Origin: Chrysomallon squamiferum
Taxonomy: Eukaryota; Animalia; Mollusca
Direction: 5' to 3'
Assembly: GCA_012295275.1 (NCBI GenBank)
Contig: CM022671.1
Span: 33,914,001-33,978,000 of the forward strand
Length of the DNA stretch: 64,000 bases
Of the stretch, positions 1 to 63,460 are shown one piece after another (within the stretch, counting starts at the first letter, position 1; each line of letters starts with the position of its first letter). The translations under genes were made by a program, and so were the position numbers. Below the pieces are notes generated by a model. The model was not told the DNA's origin. It saw nothing but the letters and a program-made list of their open reading frames with translations, and ran no database searches.

Positions 1-241
1 TTTAACGTAGAATATTGATTGTGTCCACGTTAGTAAAAAGCCGATGTACTCGGGAAGGTGCAGATTCAAGATTACTTTCTGCTAACAGACAAGTGTCACC
101 AGGTTTCATTACTAGTATAATTATCACACACAAATCATGATTCACACTGACGGATGTTGAATTTAAAATAAACACAGGTACATTCGTTTATTCATTCTTT
201 CATTCACTCACTCATTCGTTCGTTCGTTCAATCATTTCCAG

Positions 242-5823
<5,582 letters not shown>

Positions 5824-6843
5824 AGGAGGATTAAATTGACGTCATTAAGAAGCAAATAAAGGCAGAAAAAGTAAGACAAGAAGGGGAATAATTGAACTGA
5901 ATAGATCAGCAGGCATTTTGCTATTTTTACTTGTTTAAAGTTTAGTTTGATTTAAAGCAAAGACAAAGAGAATTACTCATACACGCGAAATGAAAAACAC
6001 GCACATGCACGTAAATACAAATCAGACAAAGCTATCAGACAAGAACATATACAGAATCAAAAATCAAAATAAAATATTTAAAATGTCTAGAAAAGCTTCA
6101 TCAAAATATAGATTTATTTTTTATCATTAAAACCGAACAATACCTTTCACTTCCGCTCCACACACGACAAATGTTTTTCATCGTAAAATAACAGAGCGAT
6201 GTTCTGTCAAAAGGAATTTAAAAAAACAGAAAAATAAAATCATTGTCTTTGTTACGACTTGTAAATAATTAAACGCTTCAGTAAACGTTTTAAACGTAAT
6301 TAACTGATTTTAACTGACGCCATTTAGGTGATTATGACCTTTGAATAATTAGCCTCGATTGATTTGATCAGATTCATTTTTCTTAGAATAATCATTCAGC
6401 GTTTTTCTGATAAAATAAATTAAGTGTTTTACTCAAAATATATATATATATTTCTTATAATGCTAATACATTTTTTTTTTTGCCTTTTTCTAAAGCGAAG
6501 GTATCCTAAATAAACTTAGATATTTCTTACATATTTTAAATTTTATCTGTTAAATGGCTGGAACATTTTCAAGAGACAATATTTAATTGATGAACAGATC
6601 TAACCTAGCATTGTTTTTACATATTTACCCAGTATTTCTGTGTATAAAAATTAACAACGTATGGATATTTTGTTGTTGGTGTTGTGAATAATTTAAAAAT
6701 TGTTTTCATTTATTTGTATTTAGTATATTATTTTATTTTCCATTTGTATTATATTAGAAATAATAATTATTATAACAGTTATACAATATTATTATAACAG
6801 TTTTTTTGCGACAAAAGGTGTTTGTGATTAACTTCTGTGTGTA

Positions 6844-6849
6844 AATAAA
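6844..6849 (+). terminator. Candidate polyadenylation signal of copy A
   Basis: AATAAA followed by a T-rich tract; same context at ~18496 and ~17995 in B. Confidence 0.4.
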
Positions 6850-6872
6850 AGTATATTTTGCATATTTTTTTT

Positions 6873-6904
<32 letters not shown>

Positions 6905-7388
6905 TGTCTAAGGAGTCTGAAAGCGACTGATTAAGTCGATTCTCGGCAAACAGAACGTTCTGAATTTTCTTTGAAGGTTTTTGTCTGTGAGCAAACTGAT
7001 GATAGTTTTACATGACAAAACTGCTATTTAAGTGTTTAAATCTCGTGTTGAAATCACATCGGTGGCCGGTTAGGTACAAGATGTTTCCTATTAGAAGTAG
7101 AATATTTTATTTCTGTAAATGAGTAAAAAAAAAAAATAAAAAACAACAACAAAAAACAGAAGATTTTTCTTGTTAGAAGTGCAATGTTTTATTACTATGA
7201 ACAAGTAAAATAAAGTTAATGCAGACTTAATTTCTGTTTTTCAATTAAGGGTGTTTTATTTCTAAATAAGAAAATTAAATTAAATAAGGAAAAAACGTTA
7301 TTATTCTGCAAATAAACTGAGTTAAAACTAAAAAAAAAAAGTCAGTATTGTAAGAAGAAATGTGTTTTCTTTCTGTAAATTATGAAAA

Positions 7389-7425
<37 letters not shown>

Positions 7426-8191
7426 TATTGTTTCCTGGCTGTGTTCGAATTCTTATCGGATACGTTATTTATTCACTTCTGATAAAGCAGATCTTTTCAT
7501 AATACATTAATTGATCCATGTATCTGTAAATAGCGTGTGATACTATTAGCAAAAGTAATAATTAGATAAACATACACAAATACACACACACACACACACG
7601 AAGGTATACACACATATATAGCAATTATTACCTGGGGAAAGCAAAAGAAGAACAAAATCAAATAAATTCCGTTTTACGTTTCTCTTGTCCATATTCATAT
7701 GACTAACGTTTTCTCGGTGTAAATGAATGTATGGATCTCGTTTCGATGTTTCATCCTATATTTTATTGGTTGTAGACCGAAATACGAAGATTTCTATGCA
7801 TGTAAACCACGTCTGTAGGGATTGAGTACAGATAGAAAATATGGCTAGATGAAATGTACAAACAGCCATATCTCGAGTAATAGTGTGTGTTCCACTTTAC
7901 GTCTCTTGTTCATAATTCGTGTAAGTATTCAAGGATCATTGTGTGATGAGCTGTTATAATTAACAGTACTTGTTGAAAAATGTTCACAGACATCTCCAGG
8001 CATGCTCGTGTAAAATTGTTTACAGGGTTGTTGCTTGCCAACACGGTCGAATGATTTGTGTCGTGTACGAAACCGTGACATGTAGGTGCAATTAGGTACA
8101 AGGAAAGTATTCCTTTTCAAATAGATACCTGTGAATTGAAGAGTTCGGTTTTGTGGATTCTGCTTTTAAAGCGAACAGAAGAGACGTGAAG

Positions 8192-16956
<8,765 letters not shown>

Positions 16957-18853
16957 AGGAGGATTAAATTGACGTCATTAAGAAGCAAATAAAGGCAGGA
17001 AAAGAAAGACAAGTCGGGGAATAATTGAACTGAATAGATCAGCAGACATTTTGCTATTTTGTGTTAATTAAATAGTTATTTTTACTTGTTTAAAGTTTAG
17101 TTTGATTTAAAGCAAAGACAAAGAGAATTTCTCATACACGCGAAATGAGAAACACGCACACGCACATAAATACAAATCAGACAAAGCTGTCACACAAGAA
17201 CATATACAGAATCAAAAATGAAAATAAAATATTTAAAATGTCTAGAAAAGCTTCATCAAAATGTAGAATTATTTTTTATCATTAAAAACCGAACAATACC
17301 TATTACTTCCGCTCCACATACGACAAATGTTTTTCATCGTAAAATAACAGAGCGATGTTCTGTCAAAAGAAAAAAAAAAAAAAAAAATTGTCGTTGTTAC
17401 GACTTGTAAATAATTAAACGCTTCAGTAAACGTTTTAAACGTAATTAACTGATTTTAACTGACGCCATTTAGAGGATTATGATCTTTAAATGTTTAGCCT
17501 AGATTCATTCTATTAAATTAATTTTTATTAGAATAATCATTCAGTGTTTTTCCATCTTTTTTTCTTTCTGATAAAATAAGTTAAAAGTCTTACCTAAAAT
17601 ATTATTTTTCCTAACACCTGTTTATAATACAAATATTTTTCTAACATTTTTCTAAAGTTGCCATCGTTTTTAAAAGCGAAGGTATCCTAAAGAAACATAG
17701 GTATTTCTTTCATATTTTATATTGTCTCTATTAAATGGCTGCATCATTTTCATTGGGCAATGTTTAATTTATGAACAGATTCTAACATAACATTGTGTAC
17801 AAATTATTAACGATGTGTTGGTATTTTGTTGTTGTTGTAATTGTGCATAATTCAAATATGGTGTTCATTTATTTGTATACAAGTATATTATAATTGTTGT
17901 ACATTTGTATTATATTAAAAATTATTATTATTACCATATTATTATAACAGTTTTTTTTGTGAGAAAGGGTGTTTCTGATTAACCGCTGTTTCTAAATAAA
18001 AGTTTTTTTGTTTTTTTGTTTTCTTGCTGATTATGACCTAATCATTCAGTGTGTTTCCATCATTTTTTTCTGATAAAATAACTTAAACGTTTTACGAAAA
18101 ATATAATTTTTTCTGACCATCTGCTTATAATCCTAATATTTTTCTAACCTTTTTCTAAAAGCCAAGGTATCCTAAATAAATTTAGATATTTCTTACATAT
18201 TTTATATTCTATCTGTTAAATGACTCAAACATTTTCAATAGACAAAATTTAATGAATGAACACATCTAACATATAATTGCTTTTACATATTCACCCAGTA
18301 TTTCTGTGTACAAAAATTAACAACGTATGTGTATTTTGTTTTTGTTGTGCATTATTTAAAAATAGTTTTCATTTATTTGTATACAAGTATATTATTTTGT
18401 TGTACATTTGTATTATATCAAAAATGATTATTATTACGATATTATTATAACAGTTTTTTGTGACAAAAAGTGTTTGTGATTAACTTCTGTTTGTAAATAA
18501 AAGTATATTTTGCATTTTTTTTTTTTTTTTTTTTTTTTTTTTGTCATTTTGTCTTAGGAGTCTGAAAGCGACTGATAAAGCCGATTCTTGGCAAACAGAA
18601 CGTTTTGAATTTTCTTTGAGGGTTTTTGTCTGTGAGCAAACTGATGATAGTTTTACATGACAAAACTGCTATTTAAGTGATTAAATCTCGTGTTGAAATC
18701 ACATCGGTGGCCAGTTAGGTATAAATTGTCTGAGTGCGTCCACGTTGGTTAATAACTGATCAAAGTTATTTAGGAACATCACTTCTCGGCACATGTCAGA
18801 GGCCTTCAGCATAAAATCTGTGAATGTTTTGAACAGTTTTTTTTATTTCTGAA

Positions 18854-18930
18854 AATACAAGTTCCGCCATTATTACAAGGGTTTCCCTCGCATTCGTCTA
18901 TATCTTCTGAACAATTCGGTTCCGTCTATC
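18854..18930 (-). pseudogene. Isolated truncated EGF1 pseudo-exon
   Basis: Minus strand aag|GA TAG ACG GAA CCG AAT TGT TCA GAA GAT ATA GAC GAA TGC GAG GGA AAC CCT TGT..; Trp codon changed to TAG, truncated after GGTC. Confidence 0.8.
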
Positions 18931-19037
18931 CTTTTATCACAAATACATAAAATAAATATTTCAAGTATGAATGTATTATTTTAGTGTATTCTCTTCTATT
19001 TTATAATTCCATCTCCCTGTCTCCTTTCTTCCTTGGC

Positions 19038-19163
<126 letters not shown>

Positions 19164-19489
19164 TTATCTCTCCCTGTCTCTCTCGCTCTTCTCTAACTTA
19201 AATCTCTGTTTTTATTATATATGGTTTTGTTTCTAATTAAGAAGCAGTTATTATTTACCGTTATCTTCAGTAATATTAATTTTTCCACGTGCATTTTTCA
19301 AAATATTATTTTCACACAGTTTTGAGTACCTGTTAGTTTCTCTTTCGCTAGGCAGATTGTGCATCTCTCAGTTTAAGAATCCAAAACAACAAAGAGAGAT
19401 GTTTTGTTACATATTTTGTTTACTACTGCTTGATGTTTGTCAGTTGTTATTTCAAAAAAATAATTAAATAAAAAACAAAATCCAAAAAT

Positions 19490-19529
<40 letters not shown>

Positions 19530-19610
19530 TAATAATAATAATAATAATATTTTGTAAAATAAAATGGACATCAATATTGTGGTAATTATTGTCTTCTTTT
19601 CTTCAAACAG

Positions 19611-19860
19611 ACTGTGGAACCCGTCACCCAGCCAACAGTTCCACTTGGAAATTCTGGCGCAAACTTTCCACTCGACGTTCTGAGCACAAACCAAGAAGTA
19701 AAAGGGAGATAATTAGTTTCGAGTGGAGTAACGATCAGACGAGAGAAGGGAACAAGGATGAGGACTGTCTGAGTCCTCTTCGAGGCTCCCTCCCAGACGT
19801 TGTCGAGAGGACCAATGTCCACAGGAGCAACAGTCTGAAGCCTCCTCCGAAACCGCCGCA
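19611..19860 (+). other. Orphan exon-like ORF of unknown product
   Basis: Acceptor ttcttttcttcaaacag, then a GC-richer open frame DCGTRHPANSSTWKFWRKLS..RGSLPDVVERTNVHRSNSLKPPPKPP; no canonical GT donor seen. Confidence 0.45.
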
Positions 19861-20969
19861 AAGAAAACACATTTGTTCTTACAACATTGACTTTTCTATT
19901 AGTTTTACTCAACTTACTTGCAGAATAAAAACATTTTTTCTTATTTATTTTAATTTAGAACTAAAACACACTCTTGCTTCAAAAACAGAAACTTTAACTT
20001 TTCATTAGCTTCATTTTTACTTATTCAGAGAAATAAAACATTAAACGTCTAACAAGACATTTTTTTTTTTTTTTTTTTATATTTACAGAAATAGAATATG
20101 CTATTTTCTTATTTTTTAATTTTTTTCCCCACGGCATTGCTGTAATATCCGAAAATTCAAATAAAAAAGTAAACGCAACAGATAAAACAATCTCAAATGA
20201 GACGGCTACCTTCAGATGACAACAACGGATGAGAAAGTGAAGTCACATGGCCGTCGATTCTTTTAATAATAATATACTTGTATACAAATAATGGAAAACC
20301 ATTTTTGAATTATGCACAATTACAACAACAACAAAATACCCACACATTGTTAATTTTTGTACAAAATGTTATGTTAGAATCTGTTCATAAATTAAACATT
20401 GCCCAGTGAAAATGATGCAGCCATTTAACAGATACAATATAAAATATGTAAGAAATATGTAAGAAAGTTTCTTTAGGATACCTTTGCTTTTAAAAACGAT
20501 GGCAACTTTAGAAAAATGTTAGAAAAATATTTGTATTATAAACAGGTGTTAAAAAAATAATATTTTGGGTAAAACGTTTAACTTATTTTATCAGAAATAA
20601 AAAAAGATGGAAAAACACTGAATGATTATTCTAATAAAAATTAATTTAATAGAATCAATCTAGGCTAACTATTTAAAGGTCACAATCACCTAAATGGCGT
20701 CAGTTAAAATCAGTTAATTACGTTTAAAACGTTTACTGAAGCGTTTAATTATTTACAAGTCGTAACAACGACAGTTCTTTTTTTTTTTTTTTTTTTTTAT
20801 GTAATTCCTTTTGACAGAACATCGCTCAGTTATTTACGATGAAAAACATTTGTCGTATGTGGAGCGGAAGTGAAAGGTATTTTTCGGTTTTAATGATAAA
20901 AAATAATTCTACAATTTAATGAAGCTTTTCTAGACATTTTAAATATTTTATTTTCATTTTAATCTTCCT

Positions 20970-29188
<8,219 letters not shown>

Positions 29189-32100
29189 CTTCACGTCTCT
29201 CGTGTTTGTTTTAAAAACAGAAACCACAAAACTGAACTCTTCAATTCACAGGTAACTATATTAAAAGGAAGGTAAAAGTGGATCTGTCTCTCTTGGTTTC
29301 CACACGACACTCAAATCTTACGACCGTATCACGACGAACTCACCTGTGAAAATTGGATTATTCAGTGTCTCATGTTACGTCGACTAACAGTTGGTATGAG
29401 TATATTATAAAACATAGTTTTTATATCCACCCTTCCTCCAACATCAGGTATAAATTTAGTGATAACACAGTTTTTGATTACTACCGTTCATAAACCTTTC
29501 TTGTGATGATGCCCAAACTAAATCTTCAATCAAAACCTCTGAATACTCGGGGCGCTACGTAATCAATATTTATAGCCTCTTTTGAAAATCAGCTGCCTCA
29601 CTGTACCCGGATGACAGGGTAGAAGTTTAAAACAGGCGTGGAAAACATTTGACAAGAAGCAGGGTGCTTGATACATAGCACAACGTCAACCAGGCTGCAC
29701 TGCTGAACAACAAAGAGGTGTTTTTAATAAACGGTGTTTTCTTCGTGTAATTTAGTGGGGCAAAAATCACGCGTACTGTCCGGACTTAAAGCCAAAAGGA
29801 AACAGCCAACGTTCCGATAACCACTGCATATATAAACTTCAGTCTGCTTCTTTTAATATTCTTCTGACAGAGACTCTTATTAACATCAGAATTCTTAAAG
29901 TACATATCTGTTGGACACAAATATCAAGTACAAATAAACACACGCACATTCACATGCATAAACACACATACACACATGAATGCACACACTCAACAATACG
30001 TACAGACAGGACGAAAAAAAAAAAAGGTACCGATGAACTAATCCTTGATATTTGAAATGTGCAACCAAGAAAGACGTAATAGTAATAATAATAATAATAA
30101 TAACAACAATAACAACAAGAACAATACGAATAATAATAATAACAACAACAACAACAACAACAACCATAATAATAACAATAATAAGTAAAATGAAATAAAA
30201 TATTACAGACATTAAACCAGTAGACTGAATCATAACTGACTTAATTCTGAGCCAAGTCAGAACTTTGTTTGGAGACAATTCACTGAATGGGAAATGTTCC
30301 TGAGAAGAGAAGTGAGGAGGGTGGATCTTCAAGCCATCTCTCTAAGCTCTGAACTGAAGGATTCCAGACGTAGTTCCAAGATGATGACGTTAAGTGTGTC
30401 AAGACTCCTGTTATTCCGTGTCTGTCTTTCGCTGCTTATTGCAGTGTTTATCAGTTTATTCTGTATTATGACTTAATGATACGTCCTAATATAATGTAAC
30501 TTTTACAGTTTTTCTTAAACAAATGTAACTTGACAAGATAAACTTTCGGAATGTTTCAGCTAAAGGGAGGTAATTATTATCCGGCTGCAGCAGAATGTTT
30601 GCGAGTTTCTGGAATGTTCCAAATCACGTTGGAGAACATCATCTTTCCAGTTAAAAACAAAACAAACAATGAGACAATTGTACAAAATACATTTTTATTT
30701 ACAAATAGAGGTTGATCACAAACGTCCTCTTTTATCACAAACACAGTTATAATAATAATAATATATCATAAACATAATCATAATTATAATAATAATAGCA
30801 AAAATAATAATAATAATAATCATAAATGTAATCATAATCATAGTAATTATTATTGTTATTATTATTATTAGTAGTAGTATTTTTTTATATATATAAACAG
30901 ATGTGAGAGGAAAACAAGCAAACACAGTGCGATGTTAAATCTATTCACAAATGAAGCATTGTCTGTTTAAAATGTTCTAGCTAATTAACATAAAAAATAA
31001 TTTACATATATATATGTATATACATGTCCTAACATGCGGTGCAGGCGACTTTGATCAAATCAAAAAGTTAGCGTCCGGACATACTCAAAGAAACCAAAGA
31101 AACAATAAAAAAATATGTGTATATAATATACTAAAAGTAATAATACTTTTGCTACGAATAAGAATTATCTGTAAAAGTAAAAAACCTAATAATAAAATAT
31201 AGCACATTATTTTTTAACCACGCCATGTTGGATGGATTAACTTTGTATTTGATTAATTCATTTACGATTATGATTATAATTATGTATTGGTTTGTTTGTC
31301 TACTTGCTTATTTGTTATTTAATTTATATATATTTTATTTTTTTTTTTTATTCAATTTATTTCATTTTATTTTATTTCATTATTTTTGTTTTGTTTTTCT
31401 TTTATATATTTTTATTCATTTATTTCATATAATGTTTAGACAAAATTAAAACGAAGATGTTTAACTTCTGATTCAATTTATTTCAGAATTAAATATTTTA
31501 GAATAAATTTAATCAGCTGAACTGTAATAAATATTAAAAAAAACGTAAAGAAAAAAAAAGTTAATTAAATTTGGTATTATTTAAACAGTAACGTGATTAA
31601 AACTGAATTAATTAATTCCCCGCATCTGTAAATAACACTCCATCACCAATTTCCAGGTAACAATGGTTTATTACGTGTTTATTTACAACATTCAATTGTC
31701 AAAACATGTTTATTTAATATACACAAGTTTAGTATCAAAATAACTCAAAGTAAAAAGAGTACATTTAGTAATTATGTCATGTGTTAATCTTTATAAATAC
31801 ACACACACACAGTCACACACACCTATATGTCTGCGTTTTGTTATACATATATGCACACATACACATGAACACGTACATAAACATACACACACATATACAC
31901 ACAGAAATACCTACAAACATGTGTATAGAAGCACAGAGTATCTATCAGAAAAAATAACTCACCTAGTAGCTTTAGGAGAGCGTTTTAACTGTGTCCTGGC
32001 TTTTAGAAAAGAGGGTGACTTTAGAAGAAAAAAAAAATGTTTGAAAAATATTTATATTGCCTTATTTGAAACAAATAGTCAGAAAAATAATATTCTGGGT

Positions 32101-32564
32101 AACACGTGATGGAAAAACACCTAGTGACTATTTCTAGCTAAAATTAATTTAATTAGACTAACTTAATAAGAGTTACAATTATACAGATCTAGATGGCATC
32201 AGTTAATATCAGTTAATTTCGTTTAAAAATTAATACAGCGTTTCATAGCTTTTCGCATTACTAAGCCTAATTATTTACAAGTTGTAACAAAGACTTTTTT
32301 TTCTTCTTTTTTTCTTTGCTTTTTAAATCCTTTTAACAAAATATCGGTCAAGATAAGTAATTATCTATTTCTCTGTGTTTACGTTTGATATTTGTCTGGA
32401 AAACACTGCCAAATATCCGTTTCCGGTGTTCAGCGGAAGTGGAAACCATTGTTCGCTTTCTGGATTCGTGTGTTTAAATGAAATTAAAATTTAAATATGT
32501 AAAAAGAACTATTTAATTAACACAAAGTAGCAAATTGCCTGTTGATCCATTCAGTCTCGCCATT

Positions 32565-41935
<9,371 letters not shown>

Positions 41936-42495
41936 CTTCACGTCTCTCGTGTTTGTTTTAAAAACAGAAACCACAAAACTGAACTCTTCAATTCACAGGT
42001 AACTATTTTAAAAGGAAGGTAAAAGTGGATCTGTCTCTCTTGGTTTCCACACGACACTCAAATCTTACGACCGTATCACGACGCACTCACCTGTGAAAAT
42101 TGGATTATTCAGTGTCTCATGTTACGTCGACTAACAGTTGGTATGAGTATATTATAAAACATAGTTTTTATATCCACCCTTCCTCCAACATCAGGTATAA
42201 ATTTAGTGATAACACAGTTTTTGATTACTACCGTTCATAAACCTTTCTTGGGATGATGCCCAAACTAAATCTTCAATCAAAACTTCTGAATACTCGGGGC
42301 GCTACGTAATCAACATTTTTAGCCCCTTTTGAAAATCAGCTCCCAGTTGACAGGGTAGAAGTTTAAAACAGGCGTGGAAAACGTTTGACATAGCATGGCG
42401 TCACGCAGGTTGCACTGCTGAGCAACAAAGTAATTTTTATAAACGTTATTTTCTTCGTGAAATTAAGTGGGGGAAATATCCTAAACACACACACA

Positions 42496-42536
<41 letters not shown>

Positions 42537-42662
42537 GCACGCACACACACACACACACTCATATATGTATATATATATATATAAAAACAACACACAAAGA
42601 AAAACACTAATAAAGTATTGACGAAATAATCTTTGATATTTGAAATGTGCATCCAAGAAGTC

Positions 42663-42702
<40 letters not shown>

Positions 42703-43410
42703 TAAAATATTATACACATTAAGCCAGTAGACTGAATCATAAATGACATAATTCTGAGCCAACTCAAACTTTGTTTGGAGAGAATTCACTGAATGGGAGA
42801 GAAGAGAAGTGAGGAGGATGGATCTTCAAGCCATCTCTCTAAGCTCTGAACTGAAGGATTCCAGACGTAGTTCCAAGATGATGACGTTAAGTGTGTCAAG
42901 ACTCCTGTTATTCCGTGTCTGTCTTTCGCTGCTTATTGCAGTGTTTATCAATTTATTCTGTATTATGACTTAATGATACGTCCTAATATAATGTAACTTT
43001 TACAGTTTTTCTTAAACAAATGTAACTCGACAAGATATACTTTCGGAATGTTTCAGCTAAAGGGAGGTAATTATTATCCGGCTGCAGCAGAATGTTTGCG
43101 AGTTTCTGGAATGTTCCAAATCACGTTGGAGAACATCATCTTTCCAGCAAAAAACAAAACAAACAATGAGACAATTGTACAAAATACGTTTTTATTTACA
43201 AATAAAGGTTGATCACAAACGTCCTCTTTTATCACAAACACAGTTATAATAATAATAATAATAACAATAATAATAATAATAATAATATATCAAAAACATA
43301 ATCATAATTATAATGATAATAGCAAAAATAATAATAATAATAATTATAAATGTAATCGTAAACATAATCATTATCACAATCATAATAATAGTAATAGTAA
43401 TTGTAATAAT

Positions 43411-43446
<36 letters not shown>

Positions 43447-45299
43447 CATAATCATAATCATAAATGTAATCGTAAACATAATCATAATCGCAATCATAAT
43501 AATAGTAATAGTAAAAATTATAATAATAATAATAATAGTGATAATAATCATAATAATAATAATCATAATCACAGTCATTAGTATTGTTATTATTATTAGT
43601 AGTAGTAGTATTTTTTTATATATATACAGATGTGTGGGGAAAACAAGCAAACACAGTGCGATGTTAAATCTATTCACAAATGAAGCATTGTCTGTTTAAA
43701 ATGTTCTAGCTAATTAACATAAAAAATAATTTACATACATATATATGTCCTAACATGCGGAGCACGCGACTTTGATCAAATCAAAAAGTTAGCGTCCGGA
43801 CATACTTATAGAAATCAAAGAAAGAATAAAAAAATATGTGTATATAATATATTAAAAGTAATAATACTTTTGCTACGAATAAGAATGATCTGTAAAAGTA
43901 AAAAACCTAATAATAAAATATAGCACATTATTTTTTAACTACGCCATGTTGGATGGATTAACTTTGTATTTGATTAATTCATTTACGATTATGATTATAA
44001 TTATTTATTGGTTTGTTTGTCTACTTGCTTATTTGTTATTTAATTTATATTTATTTTTATTTTATTTTGTTTCAGTTTATTTCATTTTATTTCATTTCAT
44101 TATTTTTGTTTTGTTTTTCTTTTATATATTTTTATTCATTTGTTTCATATATTTTGTTTGTTTAGACAAAATTAAAACGAAGATGTTTAACATTTATACT
44201 TCTGATTCAATTTATTTCAGAATTAAATATTTTAGAATAAATTTAATCAGCTGAACTGTAATAAATATTAAAAAAAACGTAAAAAAAAAAAAGTTAATTA
44301 AATTTGGTATTATTTAAACAGTAACGTGATTAAAACTGAATTAATTAATTCCCCGCATCTGTAAATAACATTCCATCACCAATTTCCAGGTAACAATGGT
44401 TTATTACGTGTTTATTTACAACATTCAATTGTCAAAACATGTTTATTTAATATACACAAGTTCAGTATCAAAATAACTCAAAGTAAAAAGAGTACATTTA
44501 GTAATTATGTCATGTGTTAATCTTTATAAATACACACACACACAGTCACACACACCTATATGTCTGCGTTTTGTTATACATATATGCACACATACACATG
44601 AACACGTACATAAAAACACACACACATATACACACAGAAATACCTACAAACATGTGTATAGAAGAAGCACAGAGTATCTATCAGAAAAAATAACTCACCT
44701 AGTAGGTTTAGGAGAGCGTTTTAACTGTGTCCTGGCTTTTAGAAAAGAGGGTGACTTTAGAAGAAAAAAAAAATGTTTGAAAAATATTTATATTGCCTTA
44801 TTTGAAACAAATAGTCAGAAAAATAATATTCTGGGTAACACGTGATGGAAAAACACCTAGTGACTATTTCTAGCTAAAATTCATTTAATTAGACTAACTT
44901 AATAAGAGTTACAATTATACAGATCTAGATGGCATCAGTTAATATCAGTTAATTTCGTTTAAAAATTAATACAGCGTTTCATAGCTTTTCGCATTACTAA
45001 GCCTAATTATTAACAAGTTGTAACAAAGACTTTTTTTCTTCTTTTTTCCTTTTCTTTCTAAATCCTTTTAACAAAATATCGGTCAAGATAAGTAATTATC
45101 TATTTCTCTGTGTTTACGCTTGACATTTGTCTGGAAAACACTGCCAAATATCCGTTTCCGGTGTTCAGCGGAAGTGGAAACCATTGTTCGCTTTCTGGAT
45201 TAGTGTGTTTAAATGAAATTAAAATTTAAATATGTAAAAATAACTATTTAATTAACACAAAGTAGCAAATTGCCTGTTGATCCATTCAGTCTCGCCATT

Positions 45300-61825
<16,526 letters not shown>

Positions 61826-62384
61826 CTTCACGTCTCTCGTGTTTGTTTTAAAAACAGAAAACCACAAAACCGAACTCTTCAATTCACAGGCAACTTATTT
61901 TAAAAGGAAGGTAAAAATGCATCCATCTGTCATGATTTCGTGTGGGACACTACTCTCTCGCAGGTCATTCGACCGTGACCGGTGACGTCAGAGCTCTGAC
62001 TGTGCGCTACCCACACGTTAGGGCCGAAAGTTTAAAGCAACATAAAAAACCCAGCTAACGGTCCGATACCGTATGCGTGTATAAACTGTCACTTCGATCG
62101 GCCGTCTTGTAAAAAGACAATGCAAATCAAAGATCTGAAAGCGAGTTCCATGCCAGACGACAGTGACTGTTGTACGCTGATACGTAGTTGTAATTGCTGC
62201 AGATAACCGGTTTCCGTGCGGCCGAGTTTAACGTCGCGGGAACGAACTAACAAAAGGTTAAAGCATTTATTTTATCTAGTGCAGCTGATTAATTTCGCAG
62301 AACCATTGTTCTAGGGACACGCTGCATACCTGAGAGTGAACGTACGCGTGTACCTCTGCGTTTGTCCTCATCACTACATTTGTG

Positions 62385-62530
62385 GCTGATGACTGTAGTT
62401 ATGTGTTGATGAATATAGTGTGTGCTGATGACTGTAGTTATGTGTTGATGAATATAGTGTGTGCTGATGACTGTAGTTATGTGTTGATGAATTTAGTGTG
62501 TGCTGATGACTGTAGCTATGCGTTGATAAA
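62385..62530. repeat. 39-bp minisatellite, ~3.7 copies
   Basis: gctgatgactgtagttatgtgttgatgaatatagtgtgt at 62385, 62424, 62463, 62502. Confidence 0.9.
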
Positions 62531-63295
62531 CACAGCTATGTATTGATAACTGTTGATGAATGTATATGTGTTAATATGTATGTTGTTCTTTAGTGTTCGC
62601 TTTCTCTGTTTGTGCAGCACGTAATATCAGTGTGTATAAATATTATTCACATACATACACAGACATACATACATACATAAAATACATATACACATATATA
62701 TAGACATGCACATGTTTGCATCCATACACACATTCATATATATATACATACGTACAAACATACATATATAATACATATATACATACATACATACATGCAT
62801 ACATACATACACACATGCATACACACCTACATGCATGTATAGACATACATGCACGCATACATACATACATACATACATACATACATACATACATACATAC
62901 ACACACAGAAATCCATGCATACGTAAACGGAGACAGATCGAGAGACTACATATACAAAAACAATGACATTCTTAATGTATTACTCATTCCTTTCTTCTTC
63001 TTTTGTTTTTTTTTTGTTTCTCTCTCTATGATTTAGCTGTGACCTTAGTCGTATTAACAGCAACTGTGCTGTTGTTGTGTCGCCGTCCTCAGCACCGTGT
63101 CAGTGGAACAACGTTATTTCCGTAACGGAAAATGCGGCTAACACAATGGTTAAATCACACTGTGGTTAAATCACACTGTCACGTTACGATGAGATTCATA
63201 TTACACAGAATACGCATCTGGGTTCAAGTAAGAATCAAAAGGATTCGAATTTGTTTCAACTTTGTACTAAGCGCTATAATACAAGGATTAATATT

Positions 63296-63460
<165 letters not shown>

